Source: Oscillospiraceae bacterium
GTDB taxonomy: Bacteria > Bacillota > Clostridia > Oscillospirales > Acutalibacteraceae
Direction: 5' to 3'
DNA length: 64,000 bases
Assembly (NCBI GenBank): GCA_015066015.1
Contig: SVPE01000005.1
Span: forward strand, 68,533-132,532
Each line of letters opens with the position of its first letter. Positions within the stretch are counted from its first letter, which is position 1. Under the pieces are notes generated by a model. That model ran no database searches, was not told where the DNA came from, and worked only from the letters and a program-made list of their open reading frames with translations. Positions 39,875-48,097 of the stretch are shown in pieces. The translations under genes and the position numbers were made by a program.

Positions 39875-39912
39875 GTTTCACGGTTAACAAATAACCGATT
39901 AAACAAAAATTA

Positions 39913-39944
39913 CTCCCTGCCTCAATCGAGGCGGGGAGTTTTTC
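39913..39944 (+). terminator. Rho-independent terminator of the 10,378-aa gene
   Basis: CTCCCTGCCTC-aatc-GAGGCGGGGAG (one G-U pair) followed by TTTTTC. Confidence 0.8.
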
Positions 39945-39962
39945 TGTGTAGCTGTCGGTGAC

Positions 39963-40005
39963 AAAAAAAGAAGCTCAGCAATGATTTTCGCTGAGCTTCT
40001 TTTTT
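39963..40005. terminator. bidirectional terminator shared by the giant gene (+) and the GH3 gene (-)
   Basis: GAAGCTCAGC-(10 nt)-GCTGAGCTTC, flanked by AAAAAAA upstream and TTTTTT downstream. Confidence 0.75.
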
Positions 40006-40015
40006 ATAGTTCTGA

Positions 40016-42457
40016 TTATATTGCTTTAAGAAGGTCGGGTAATTTTCTGATTGCACCTAAAAGACCTGCAAGAATCTTTCCGAGACCGTAAGCCGGTTTT
40101 TCTCCGTTAAGTATCATAAGAAGGCCGTTAGCCATTTCCTCACTGAATACACCGGCACTCATTGTAACAAAGTTTCTGATGGGAATTTCAAGAGCCATTG
40201 CCTTTGCCATGCCCATTGCTTGATCTTCGCCGGAAACTGAAGAAAGTGCTTTGTCAAGAAGGTTGTTGATAACCTTGCCCCATTTTGTATTTACTGCATC
40301 ACCAAGAGAATTAAGCATTGTAAGAGGAGCATTTTTGTCAAGGGTTGAGGAAGGTAGCTTTCTTCCGAGAATTGCTTCAAACTCTTCTGCTGTGGCTTCG
40401 TTTGCTCTTCCTTCATAATAGCAAGCTGCAGTTTTACGGTAATCGGGAATTTCTGCTTCTACGGTGCTTTCAACAGTTACTGTTGCTTCAAGCTTTATAT
40501 TGCGGGAGGAGGCGCCTATAAGAATATCAAAATCGCCACTTTCTACGTGCCATTCACCGATGTTTATGTTGTAGTATGCAAAGGCTCTTTTTGAAAGGGT
40601 GATTTCTACAGTTTTTTCTTCGCCGGGTTCAAGGAAAATCTTTTTGAAACCACGAAGCTCCTTTTCCGGGCGATAGACGGTACTTTCTTTATCCTTAACA
40701 TAGAGCTGAGCAATTTCTGCACCTGCGATCTTGCCGGTATTTTTTATCTTGAAGGTTACGGTAAGCTCTTCGGTATCTTTGATTTTTTTCTTTGACAGCT
40801 TTAATCCGCTATATTTGTAATCGGTGTATGAAAGTCCGTATCCGAAGGGGAAGAGGACATTTTTTTTTGCTGAATCATAGTATCTGTAACCTACAAAAAT
40901 GCTTTCGCGGTGCTCAGCAGTTGTGCCTGTTGCCGGATAAAACCTGTTGCAGGGCGTATCCTCGAGGGAGAGCGGATAAGTTTCTGCGAGCTTTCCGCAG
41001 GGGTTGAAATCACCGCTCAATATTTCAACGAGCGCGCTTCCTCCTGCCTGTCCGCCGAGGTAACCGTTAACAAGAGCCTTGATCTTGTCGAGCTGAGGAA
41101 TAACAACAGGTGAGCCTCCATAAAGTACTACGGTAACATTCTCGTTTACCTTAAGAATTTCTTCAAGAAGTTTCACGTGAGACGAAGGTAGGTTAAGATG
41201 TGTTCTGTCATAGCCCTCGGACTCGTATTCTTCTGTAAGACCTATGAAAAGAAGTACATTGTCAGCTCTTTCGGCAACGATACAGGCATCCTTGAGCATG
41301 ATTTCGTTGACAGCATCTTTTTTCTTGTTGTATCCGGGAGCAAAATTGACTTTATAACCTTTTTCAAGAAGCGCGTCAAAGGCGTCATCAAGCTGAGTAG
41401 GATTGATATTTGAGCTGCCTGCGCCCTGATAACGGGGACAACGAGCCATTTCTCCTATAACGGCAATTGTTTTATCCTTTTTCAAAGGAAGCATATTGTC
41501 TTCATTTTTCAGAAGAACGAGACTGTTTTTGCAGATTTCAGCGGCAATTTTGTGATGCTCTTTTTTGTCGTAGGTGTGAGAAGAAAGGCTTTCCTTTGAC
41601 TTGAGGATAAGATCAAGCACTCTGTCAGCACAGGTGTCTACACTGTCAATTTTCATTCTGCCTTCACGCACGGCTTTGCACACTTTTGCATCGTTATATC
41701 CGCCGGAGGAGGGCATTTCAAGATCATTGCCGTTAATCATACCTGTAACTCTGTCGTTTGCTGCGCCCCAGTCACTGACAACAAGACCTTCAAAGCCCCA
41801 CTCGTTGCGGAGAATAGTATTCTGAAGATATCCGTTGTCGGAAGCGTATACCCCGTTTACTTTATTGTAAGAGTTCATTACAGTCCATGGTTGAGCTTCC
41901 TTGACGGCAATTTCAAAGGCGGTAAGATAAGTTTCACGTAAAGCACGCTCGTCGACAATGCTGTCGATTGTCATACGCTTCTTTTCCTGACTGTTTGCAG
42001 CAAAGTGCTTAAGAGAAGCACCTACATTTTTTGACTGAATACCTCTTATAAGGGCTGCTGCCATTTTTCCGGCAAGCAGAGGATCCTCTGAAAAATATTC
42101 GAAGTTTCTGCCACAAAGAGGGGAACGTTTTATGTTTACACCGGGGCCGAGAATTACACTTACCTTTTCAGCAAGGCACTCTTCTGCCATTGTTTCACCC
42201 ATTTTGTAAAGAAGGTCTTCGTCCCAAGAGCATGCGGTTGTAACTGCCGTAGGAAAGCAGGTTGCCGGCACAGAATCTGAAAGGCTTGATTTACCGCTTT
42301 CATTATTTTTCTTTCTTAAGCCGTGAGGACCGTCAGTGAGTGTGATTTCAGGAATTCCGATACGGGGGATTCCCTTCAGTGTCCAGAAATCCTTACCGGA
42401 GCAAAGACCAACTTTTTCTTCAAGGGTTAATTTGTCAAGAAGTTCTTTATTCTTCAT
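40016..42457 (-). CDS. glycoside hydrolase family 3 beta-glucosidase (BglX-like)
   Basis: 813 aa with a GGAGG RBS. GH3 N-terminal motifs are present (TLEEKVGL, GIPEITLTDGPHGLRK), along with the nucleophile region GLVVSDWGA and a C-terminal FnIII-like region (VTFKIKNTGKIAGAEIAQLYV). Confidence 0.9.
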   Translation of the reverse strand: MKNKELLDKLTLEEKVGLCSGKDFWTLKGIPRIGIPEITLTDGPHGLRKKNNESGKSSLSDSVPATCFPTAVTTACSWDEDLLYKMGETMAEECLAEKVSVILGPGVNIKRSPLCGRNFEYFSEDPLLAGKMAAALIRGIQSKNVGASLKHFAANSQEKKRMTIDSIVDERALRETYLTAFEIAVKEAQPWTVMNSYNKVNGVYASDNGYLQNTILRNEWGFEGLVVSDWGAANDRVTGMINGNDLEMPSSGGYNDAKVCKAVREGRMKIDSVDTCADRVLDLILKSKESLSSHTYDKKEHHKIAAEICKNSLVLLKNEDNMLPLKKDKTIAVIGEMARCPRYQGAGSSNINPTQLDDAFDALLEKGYKVNFAPGYNKKKDAVNEIMLKDACIVAERADNVLLFIGLTEEYESEGYDRTHLNLPSSHVKLLEEILKVNENVTVVLYGGSPVVIPQLDKIKALVNGYLGGQAGGSALVEILSGDFNPCGKLAETYPLSLEDTPCNRFYPATGTTAEHRESIFVGYRYYDSAKKNVLFPFGYGLSYTDYKYSGLKLSKKKIKDTEELTVTFKIKNTGKIAGAEIAQLYVKDKESTVYRPEKELRGFKKIFLEPGEEKTVEITLSKRAFAYYNINIGEWHVESGDFDILIGASSRNIKLEATVTVESTVEAEIPDYRKTAACYYEGRANEATAEEFEAILGRKLPSSTLDKNAPLTMLNSLGDAVNTKWGKVINNLLDKALSSVSGEDQAMGMAKAMALEIPIRNFVTMSAGVFSEEMANGLLMILNGEKPAYGLGKILAGLLGAIRKLPDLLKAI

Positions 42458-42521
42458 ATTTTATACCTCCGCAGATTTATTCATTATCATTATAACTGCT
42501 ACTTCCCATTCGGTCAAGGTA

Positions 42522-42818
42522 TCACTTGAAAAGAGTTTCTAAAATATTGTGCCTACGGGAGCTTGTGCAGTTGTTGCAGGCTGTGTCACAGCAGACGATT
42601 ATTGTATCATTACCGATTACCTCGATATCTTTCCAAGGTATTTTTATGTCATTGTCAGACGGTAATAGTCCGAAAAATCTGCCTTTACCCCAGATAATAA
42701 TTGAGGCAACACAACCTGAGCAGGTGTCAATCTCTACATCACAGACTGTGCCTAGCCGGCAACCGTTTTTACCGTTTATTACCTCTTTGTTGCGAAGATC
42801 TGTAATTGAACAGTTCAT
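42522..42818 (-). CDS. YlmC/YmxH family sporulation protein (PRC-barrel)
   Basis: MNCSITDLRNKEVINGKNGCRLGTVCDVEIDTCSGCVASIII..IKIPWKDIEVIGNDTIIV. I placed the start at the internal ATG (42818), which has a GGTGAT RBS. The 35-codon upstream extension of the ORF track has no homology-like features. Confidence 0.8.
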   Translation of the reverse strand: MNCSITDLRNKEVINGKNGCRLGTVCDVEIDTCSGCVASIIIWGKGRFFGLLPSDNDIKIPWKDIEVIGNDTIIVCCDTACNNCTSSRRHNILETLFK

Positions 42819-42951
42819 AATTATCACCGTTAAAATCATATGAGCATAAAACAGAAAAAATGTTTCACGTGGGAAAAGGCGAGCAAGTTTCACGTGATAA
42901 AAAATCCCGGATGTGTGAAACACCCGGGAAAGATTGATTTTCTTTGAGAAA

Positions 42952-43647
42952 TCAGATATCGCTCTGTTCAGCTTCGGCTACAGGTTGCTGGTAATACGCC
43001 TGAACACCTTCGGGTGTGTAAGCAACGTTTGCAGGCTGAGCCTGAGGAGCAACAGGAGACTGTGCTGTATATACGGGGTAGGGATACATATAACCCTGAT
43101 TCTGAGCGGGATAAGGAACGTATACGGGAGTTTGAGCCTGAGTCGGCTGAGGCTGCTGAACTGCCTGTACGGGCTGCTTGGGTGTGCCGGCCTTTTTAAC
43201 CTGAGGCTTCTTCATTGCTGCGGGATCAGGCTTGTCAAGAGGTTTTGCATCGATAAGCTGCTGAAGAAGTCTGATTGCTTCAGAAAGTGCTCTGAAGATA
43301 ATTGCGATAATTCCGGCAACAAGCATAGAAAGCGAGAATGCGAGTACGGTTGCAGTTTCGGTAAGGTCTGCAGCAACGATACCTGCGATTCCGCCGATAA
43401 TGAGGATTACGAATGAAAGCGCGTTGAGTAAAATTGCAACAGAATTTCTGCCGATTTTTCCTACACCGTTTGAGGCTTTTACAAGTTCCTCATATTCTTC
43501 GTCAGTGACGATGATAGGGGTGACCTTTTTGCCGTCAGTCTTTGTTGTAAGACCCCAGGATTTAAGGTCGGCATCCTTTTTCTTGTAATATTCTTCTGCA
43601 CGGAGTTTTTTCAGTTCCTGGATTTTGTTTTCAACTTGTTCAAGCAT
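42952..43647 (-). CDS. membrane protein of unknown function (coiled N-terminus, 2 TM helices, Pro/Gln/Tyr-rich tail)
   Basis: 231-aa ORF with an AAAGGAAG RBS. TM segments are VAILLNALSFVILIIGGIAGIVAA and VLAFSLSMLVAGIIAIIF. The tail is QPVQAVQQPQPTQAQTPVYVPYPAQNQGYMYPYPVY. Confidence 0.7.
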   Translation of the reverse strand: MLEQVENKIQELKKLRAEEYYKKKDADLKSWGLTTKTDGKKVTPIIVTDEEYEELVKASNGVGKIGRNSVAILLNALSFVILIIGGIAGIVAADLTETATVLAFSLSMLVAGIIAIIFRALSEAIRLLQQLIDAKPLDKPDPAAMKKPQVKKAGTPKQPVQAVQQPQPTQAQTPVYVPYPAQNQGYMYPYPVYTAQSPVAPQAQPANVAYTPEGVQAYYQQPVAEAEQSDI

Positions 43648-43808
43648 AATATATTCTTCCTTTCGGTGAAAGCATTATTTGAATATGTTCTTTAATAGAT
43701 TACCACATTTTTATAAAATGTTCAAGTATTATATGAAAAAAATAGGGCAGTATAGAGAGTTTTATTTTTTGTTTACAATATTTACCACAAAGAAAAAACT
43801 CGGACTTG

Positions 43809-43817
43809 TGTTATAAT
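43809..43817 (+). promoter_or_regulatory. extended -10 element TGTTATAAT upstream of the SH3b-peptidase gene
   Basis: Exact TGnTATAAT 49 nt upstream of the RBS-supported ATG. No clear -35. Confidence 0.4.
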
Positions 43818-43865
43818 TTGCAAGGACGTCTCATGGCAAATACAACGGCGTCCTCAGGAGGTAAA

Positions 43866-44822
43866 ATGAAAAGAATTTTTTATTTTTTTGCAGTTTCGTC
43901 TGTTTTGTTGGTTTTTACAGCTTTCTCGGCGTCAGCAAAAACTGCAGGAAAGGTTGTTACAGAAGGTGGCAGACTGAATCTGAGACAGTCACCGACAACA
44001 TCTGCATCTGTTGTGGCAAGCGCGAGAAACGGAAGCTGGCTTACGGTGGAAGAAAAAACAGGTAATTGGTATCTTGTAGAGTACGAAAAAGGTAAAAAAG
44101 CATATGCAAGCGCAGACTATGTCAGAAATTACCCGAATACAGTTGAGGGCGAAGTTAATGTCATATCAGGCGTACTTAATGTGCGTACAGGACCCGGTAC
44201 AGGCTATGCTATTAAGGATAAGCTCACAGACGGGCAGAGGATTCTTGCCGTAAAGAGTAATTCCGAGTGGGCCGGAATTGTCTATGACGGGAATAAAACG
44301 GGATATGTTGCAAAGCCCTATCTCAGGAGGCTTTCAGCGGAGTATTTCCCGTCGGTGGTGCTTTCGGTGCCTTCATATAAGCAGTATGACGCAAAATGGA
44401 AAAATTATCCCATAGGCATACAGGGAGATACTATAGGCACAATAGGTTGTCTTACAACTGCAATTTCAATGGTTGAGTCTCATAGAGCAGGATATAAAAT
44501 TACTCCGCCGCAAATGGCAGACAGACTTTCCTATTCTTCGTCGGGATCACTTTACTGGCCGTCGGATTATGTGCGTGCTGATGCATCGGGAAATTATCTT
44601 AAGAGTGTATATGAGCTTCTCAAAAAAGGGAAGCCTGTAATTGTTGGTGCAAAAAAAGCTTCAGGCGGACAGCATTGGGTAACCGTTTACGGATATAAGG
44701 CCACAGGTAGCTTTACTGCGGAAAGTTTTATGATACACGATCCGGGTTCGGAAAGAAGGACGACACTGGCTGCGTTTTTCACTGCGTATCCTTATCCTGA
44801 CAGATTTGTATATAAAAAATAA
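43866..44822 (+). CDS. secreted 2x SH3b-domain protein with a C-terminal papain-like (peptidase C39-like) domain
   Basis: Start moved to ATG 43866 (AGGAGG RBS). The signal peptide is MKRIFYFFAVSSVLLVFTAFSASA. Two SH3b-like units are present (GRLNLRQSPTTSASVV..WYLVEY; LNVRTGPGTGYAI..WAGIVY). The candidate Cys/His pair is GTIGCLTTAISM ... GGQHWVTVYGY ... IHDPG. Confidence 0.7.
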   Translation: MKRIFYFFAVSSVLLVFTAFSASAKTAGKVVTEGGRLNLRQSPTTSASVVASARNGSWLTVEEKTGNWYLVEYEKGKKAYASADYVRNYPNTVEGEVNVISGVLNVRTGPGTGYAIKDKLTDGQRILAVKSNSEWAGIVYDGNKTGYVAKPYLRRLSAEYFPSVVLSVPSYKQYDAKWKNYPIGIQGDTIGTIGCLTTAISMVESHRAGYKITPPQMADRLSYSSSGSLYWPSDYVRADASGNYLKSVYELLKKGKPVIVGAKKASGGQHWVTVYGYKATGSFTAESFMIHDPGSERRTTLAAFFTAYPYPDRFVYKK

Positions 44823-44886
44823 CACTTGAAACTTTCTTCTTCAGAGAGTATACTGAAATAAAAAATTTGTCTGAAGGAGAATTAAG

Positions 44887-45732
44887 ATGAAAAAACACAG
44901 AAAGCTTAAAATAGCAGCTTCCGTTATACTTTTGTTGGCCTTAGCGGTAGTAATAATTATGGTGCCGCATATGTATGTTCCGAAAATAAGTGACGGTCTT
45001 TCAATTTCGAGTCACACCTCACATCAGCCGAAAATGGTAGCTCACCGAGGACTTTCCGGACTTGCACCGCAGAATTCCATACCTGCAGTTGAGCTTGCAG
45101 CTGAATACGGATATGACGGTTGTGAATTTGACATCCATACAACAAAGGACGGTAAGTGGGTTGTAATTCACGACGACACTGTCGATGCCATGACCGACGG
45201 TGAAGGAAAGGTTTCGGATTTCACTCTTGAGGAAATACGGAAGCTGACGCTTGACGAGGGTAACGGAATAGAAAATTATGATAACCTTAAGATTCCTACG
45301 CTTGAAGAGGTGCTTGAGGTACTTGGAAACTCAGATACCCGACCGGTTATTGAAATCAAGGGCTGCGATGTGAAGTATATCCCATCACTTAAGGAAACTC
45401 TTGATAAATACGGACTTGCCGAGAAGTCAAGCATTATTTCTTTTACAAGGGAATATCTTGAGCATTACAGAAAGGTTGACCCTGAAGCTCGCATAATGCT
45501 TCTGGTTTCGGTTATTTCCGAAGGAGATGTTCAGTGGTGCATTGAAAATGGGGTGGATACGGTCAACTTCAATTATTTTAATTTCAGCAAGAGCATTAAA
45601 GGCTATAAAGCTGCAAAAGAAAAGGGCCTCAGTCTTGCAGCGTGGACTGTAGATAATACCGTTTATAAAGACGTGATGGTTCTTTTCGGTGTGGAGACCA
45701 TCACAACAAACAAGCTTATTATAAAAAAGTAA
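44887..45732 (+). CDS. glycerophosphodiester phosphodiesterase (GDPD family), membrane-anchored
   Basis: N-terminal TM followed by VAHRGLSGLAPQNSIPA..GCEFDIHTTKDGKWVVIHDDTVD, the GDPD catalytic signature. Confidence 0.85.
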   Translation: MKKHRKLKIAASVILLLALAVVIIMVPHMYVPKISDGLSISSHTSHQPKMVAHRGLSGLAPQNSIPAVELAAEYGYDGCEFDIHTTKDGKWVVIHDDTVDAMTDGEGKVSDFTLEEIRKLTLDEGNGIENYDNLKIPTLEEVLEVLGNSDTRPVIEIKGCDVKYIPSLKETLDKYGLAEKSSIISFTREYLEHYRKVDPEARIMLLVSVISEGDVQWCIENGVDTVNFNYFNFSKSIKGYKAAKEKGLSLAAWTVDNTVYKDVMVLFGVETITTNKLIIKK

Positions 45733-45738
45733 AACCGA

Positions 45739-45772
45739 CTCCTGTCCGTGAACCTGCGGACAGGAGCTTTTT
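45739..45772. terminator. terminator between convergent GDPD and GPH-symporter genes
   Basis: CTCCTGTCCG-tgaacctg-CGGACAGGAG followed by CTTTTT. Confidence 0.75.
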
Positions 45773-47163
45773 CAGTCTTTGTGCTTTTCTTTGAGGATTC
45801 TGATATTTTCTTCTACCTGTTTTTTGTGGAGGGGATACCAGAACCATAAAATAGCAGCAAGGAGAATAAGACCTATTGCGGGGACAAGTGTCGCGATGTT
45901 GAAAATTCCGCTTTTTACGCCGCTTGTAATATTGTCAGGGTTATAGCCGATAAGGGTAAGAAGAGCGCCCGAAACACCCGAGGAGGCGGCTTGTCCCAAT
46001 TTTCTTGCAAAAGAATAAAGAGCATAGACCGAGCCGTCCTCACGGACTCCGTTTTTGATTTCGCTGTAGTCAATAACATCGGTAATAAGTGCCCAGTTAA
46101 CCATAGCGAAAATCCCGAGACCAATCCAGGAAACTGCCTGAAATACGATGTAAACATAAACGCTCGAGGGACGTATAAAGAAAAGAATAAGATTGATAAT
46201 TCCGGCAAAGAGATTTGATACAACGCTGACTTCCGCTTTTCCGAAGCGTTCAGACAGTGGCTTTGCAAGGGCGGCGGCAACAGCCATACCAAACAGCATT
46301 ATAACTGTGGAAAGACTTATCATTTTTGCATTTCCGTAGGTTACGGGAAAAACATAGTTTGACATCTGTTGCATAGTAAGTTGAGAAAGAAGCATGACAA
46401 CAGATGCGGCAATAATTGAAATAAGAGCGCGATTCGATGCGGCGTTTTTCAGCATAGTGAAGACATTGTTGCTGTTTTGTGCTTCTCCGACAGTTTTGCT
46501 TCTGACTCTTTCTGTCGTGAGAAAATAACAAAGCAGATAGCACACGACGGCAAGAATTGAAAAAACACCTGCCGTAACAGAAAAACGGTAGGGAGCAATA
46601 ACATCAATTCCGAGAGAAGGATCTTTTATGAAGGCGAAAAGGGGAACGCCTGCAGTGATGATCGCGCCTGCCAGCATGCCTCCTATTGTTCGGAAGGTTG
46701 AAAGAGACTGACGGTCTCCTGATTCGGGAGAAATAGCCGAAGCCATTGAGCCGTAAGGAATGTTGACAGAGGTGTAAAAAAACGAGCCCCAGAGGATGTA
46801 GGTTATAAAAAGATATAAAACCCTGAGAGTATAAGGAAGATTTGCAACAGCAGGGATATACATAAGAAAAGAGGAAACCGCAACAGGTACACACATACGT
46901 ATAATCCACGGACGGAATTTACCTCTTGCAGAAAGAGGACTTTTGTCACAGATTCTGCCCATAGCAACGTCTGTGAAGGCGTCAATGATGCGGGCGCTCA
47001 TCATAATGACACCTACGACACCTGCGGAAACGCCGATTACGTCGGTGTAAAACTTCATAAGAAAGCTCGAGGAAAAAAGAAAGGTAAAGTCGTTACCGAA
47101 ATCGCCGAACAGGTAGCCCAACTTGTCTTTTATTCCGAAGGGAGGGGTTTTGTTATCTTTCAT
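45772..47163 (-). CDS. glycoside-pentoside-hexuronide (GPH) family sugar:cation symporter (MFS)
   Basis: 463 aa with ~12 TM helices. The N-terminus KLGYLFGDFGNDFTF..FYTDVIGVSAGVVGVIMMSARIIDAFTDVAMG is typical of MelB/YicJ-type transporters. Confidence 0.85.
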   Translation of the reverse strand: MKDNKTPPFGIKDKLGYLFGDFGNDFTFLFSSSFLMKFYTDVIGVSAGVVGVIMMSARIIDAFTDVAMGRICDKSPLSARGKFRPWIIRMCVPVAVSSFLMYIPAVANLPYTLRVLYLFITYILWGSFFYTSVNIPYGSMASAISPESGDRQSLSTFRTIGGMLAGAIITAGVPLFAFIKDPSLGIDVIAPYRFSVTAGVFSILAVVCYLLCYFLTTERVRSKTVGEAQNSNNVFTMLKNAASNRALISIIAASVVMLLSQLTMQQMSNYVFPVTYGNAKMISLSTVIMLFGMAVAAALAKPLSERFGKAEVSVVSNLFAGIINLILFFIRPSSVYVYIVFQAVSWIGLGIFAMVNWALITDVIDYSEIKNGVREDGSVYALYSFARKLGQAASSGVSGALLTLIGYNPDNITSGVKSGIFNIATLVPAIGLILLAAILWFWYPLHKKQVEENIRILKEKHKD

Positions 47164-47287
47164 AGGGAAAATCCTTTCTTAGTTATAAAGCATCTTATTA
47201 TATTTTGACTTGTTTTCCAAAAAGAATTCATTGCGGTTGAATTAAGGTGAAATCTTTTTTGAAAGGTAACAAAAATCGGCAAAAATA

Positions 47288-47316
47288 TTGAGTTTGAAGT
47301 AATTTTATGTTATAAT
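47288..47316 (+). promoter_or_regulatory. sigma-A promoter (TTGAGT, 17 nt, TGtTATAAT)
   Basis: -35 at 47288-47293 and extended -10 at 47308-47316, upstream of the DUF554 gene. Confidence 0.5.
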
Positions 47317-47349
47317 GCCTCTTAATTTCTTATGAAAGAAGATGTAAAA

Positions 47350-48066
47350 ATGACAGGAGTTCTTGTTAATGTTGCAACAGTTATTCTCGGCAGCACAATA
47401 GGTCTGGTTTTTAAAAAGGGTATTTCAAAAAAATACAGTGAAGCAGTAATGACCGGTATCGGTTTTTGCACGATACTTATCGGTATCCAGGGAATGCTCA
47501 AGGGCGAGAATGTGCTTGTTGCCATTGTTTCAATGGTGCTTGGTGCAATTGTCGGTACAGCCGCAGATATAGACAAAAGACTCAATTTGGCAGGGGATTT
47601 TCTTTCCGGTAAGCTGAAAAAAGACGGCTCAGACAAGGTGAGTGTCGCTGAGGGCTTTGTTACGGCAAGCCTGCTTTTCTGTGTCGGCGCCATGACAATA
47701 GTAGGTTCACTCAATTCAGGACTCAAGGGCGACCACAGTATGATCTTTACAAAAAGTGTACTGGACCTGTTTTCATCAATGATGCTCTCTGCATCTTTAG
47801 GTGTCGGCGTAATATTTGCTGCAATTTTTGTTTTTGTTTTTCAGGGCGGGATAGTCCTTCTTGCAGGCGTGCTTGAGCCTCTTCTTAGTGATATGGCAAT
47901 TGCAGAAATTACCTGTGTGGGCTCTATTATGATTCTTGCGCTCGGACTTAATCTTACGGGTATTGCAAAATTCAAGGTTGCCAATTATCTTCCCGCGTTG
48001 TTTTTTGCTCCTGTTGTGTGTCTGTTTTTCGATTTTCTCGGAAAATATATACCGGCATTTGCTTAA
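47350..48066 (+). CDS. DUF554 (YdfK/YqgA-like) membrane protein
   Basis: MTGVLVNVATVILGSTIGLVFKKGIS.., a polytopic membrane protein. The ATG at 47332 lies only ~15 nt after the -10 element, so the second ATG (47350) is preferred. The start is uncertain. Confidence 0.8.
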   Translation: MTGVLVNVATVILGSTIGLVFKKGISKKYSEAVMTGIGFCTILIGIQGMLKGENVLVAIVSMVLGAIVGTAADIDKRLNLAGDFLSGKLKKDGSDKVSVAEGFVTASLLFCVGAMTIVGSLNSGLKGDHSMIFTKSVLDLFSSMMLSASLGVGVIFAAIFVFVFQGGIVLLAGVLEPLLSDMAIAEITCVGSIMILALGLNLTGIAKFKVANYLPALFFAPVVCLFFDFLGKYIPAFA

Positions 48067-48097
48067 GCCGGCATAATCTGACTGAAAGGAATTTCAC

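Noticed and set aside
8738-39874. The giant ORF as an NRPS/PKS megasynthase, an RTX/cadherin/Big-repeat adhesin, or a polymorphic toxin.
   Set aside because: By eye there are no adenylation (SGTTGxPKG), condensation (HHxxxDG), carrier (GGxS) or KS/AT motifs, no GGxGxD nonapeptides, no ~100-aa beta-sandwich periodicity, and no recognisable toxin C-terminus. A Sec signal peptide is also inconsistent with a cytosolic synthetase.
8738-39874. The giant ORF as an assembly artefact of collapsed or mis-joined repeats.
   Set aside because: The module copies are strongly diverged at nucleotide level, and only short runs are identical, so they would not confuse an assembler. The frame also stays open for 31 kb across all junctions. 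Long-read confirmation is still worthwhile.
42934-43416. A 160-aa + strand ORF opposite the 231-aa membrane-protein gene.
   Set aside because: The minus-strand ORF has an RBS, two clean TM helices and a coherent domain order. The + strand ORF is Cys/Arg/Leu-rich with no start context.
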